Assembly: GCA_964437555.1 (NCBI GenBank)
Contig: CAYTHI010000003.1
Span: forward strand, 782-64,781
DNA length: 64,000 nt
Direction of reading: 5' to 3'
Source: Candidatus Woesearchaeota archaeon
GTDB taxonomy: Archaea; Nanobdellota; Nanobdellia; Pacearchaeales; GW2011-AR1
Shown here: in pieces, positions 63,891 to 64,000 of the stretch
Position numbering within the stretch: the stretch's first letter is position 1
How the letters are laid out: each line of letters begins with the position of its first letter
Notes under the pieces: model-generated
Databases searched by the model: none
Seen by the model: the letters and a program-made list of their open reading frames with translations, nothing else
Told to the model about the DNA's origin: nothing
Program-made: the position numbers and the translations under genes

Positions 63891-64000
63891 TGGAATCTGT
63901 CATTCATTCTATCTTTTTTTGTAAATTTGCCTATGCCCTTAAGAGCCCCGTAAAAATCTTTTCTTGGCTTTTTTACTTCTATCTCAACTAACTCGTTCTC
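63887..64000 (-). CDS. VapB-like antitoxin, C-terminal part (gene runs off the right window edge)
   Basis: Manual minus-strand translation ...ENELVEIEVKKPRKDFYGALKGIGKFTKKDRMNDRFQ* with its TGA overlapping the vapC ATG (ATGA). Confidence 0.4.
   Translation of the reverse strand, partial: ENELVEIEVKKPRKDFYGALKGIGKFTKKDRMNDRFQ

Noticed and set aside
1-64000. CRISPR arrays, rRNA genes, transposases/IS elements
   Set aside because: I scanned for regularly spaced direct repeats, rRNA-like G+C-rich blocks and DDE/HTH transposase motifs. None were found. The only repeats are those listed (62-bp pair, tRNA-end copies, palindrome clusters).

Overview
This is an AT-rich archaeal chromosomal segment (about one third G+C by eye) that looks DPANN-like. 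Evidence for DPANN: very small proteins, several bacterial-type aminoacyl-tRNA synthetases, giant surface proteins, and many overlapping or translationally coupled genes. The backbone is archaeal information-processing genes: SRP54 and FtsY, TFB, TBP, TFE, RpoL, ribosomal proteins S3Ae/L44e/S8e/S17e, an Sm protein, GlyRS/LeuRS/AlaRS, ATP-dependent DNA ligase, RadB, ScpB, tRNA-splicing endonuclease EndA, RNase Z, and KEOPS Bud32 at the left edge. I can support six tRNAs: Thr-UGU, Val-GAC, Leu-UAG, Arg-UCU, Cys-GCA and Met/Ile2-CAU. Three of them (Thr, Arg, Met) carry anticodon-loop introns, consistent with endA being present in the window. Accessory material between the core genes is listed below.
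- Toxin-antitoxin modules: a DUF4258/DUF2283-like pair sitting between two paralogous RadC-like 5-prime gene fragments, an orphan RelE, and two VapBC pairs (one truncated at the right edge).
- An Abi_2/HEPN-like gene next to tRNA-Thr, with att-like repeats of the tRNA 3-prime end.
- A four-gene secreted/surface-protein operon containing a class III (pilin-like) signal peptide protein and a 1789-aa Cys-rich giant protein.
- Two G+C-enriched insertions: an HD-domain gene between srp54 and ftsY, and a two-gene island before alaS bounded by a 62-bp repeat family.
- An AlaRS carrying a ~150-aa HAD-like insertion in its catalytic core.
- An acylphosphatase-UppS fusion.
- An ArsC/LMW-PTP-like gene interrupted by an in-frame TAA.
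No CRISPR array, rRNA or recognizable transposase was seen.
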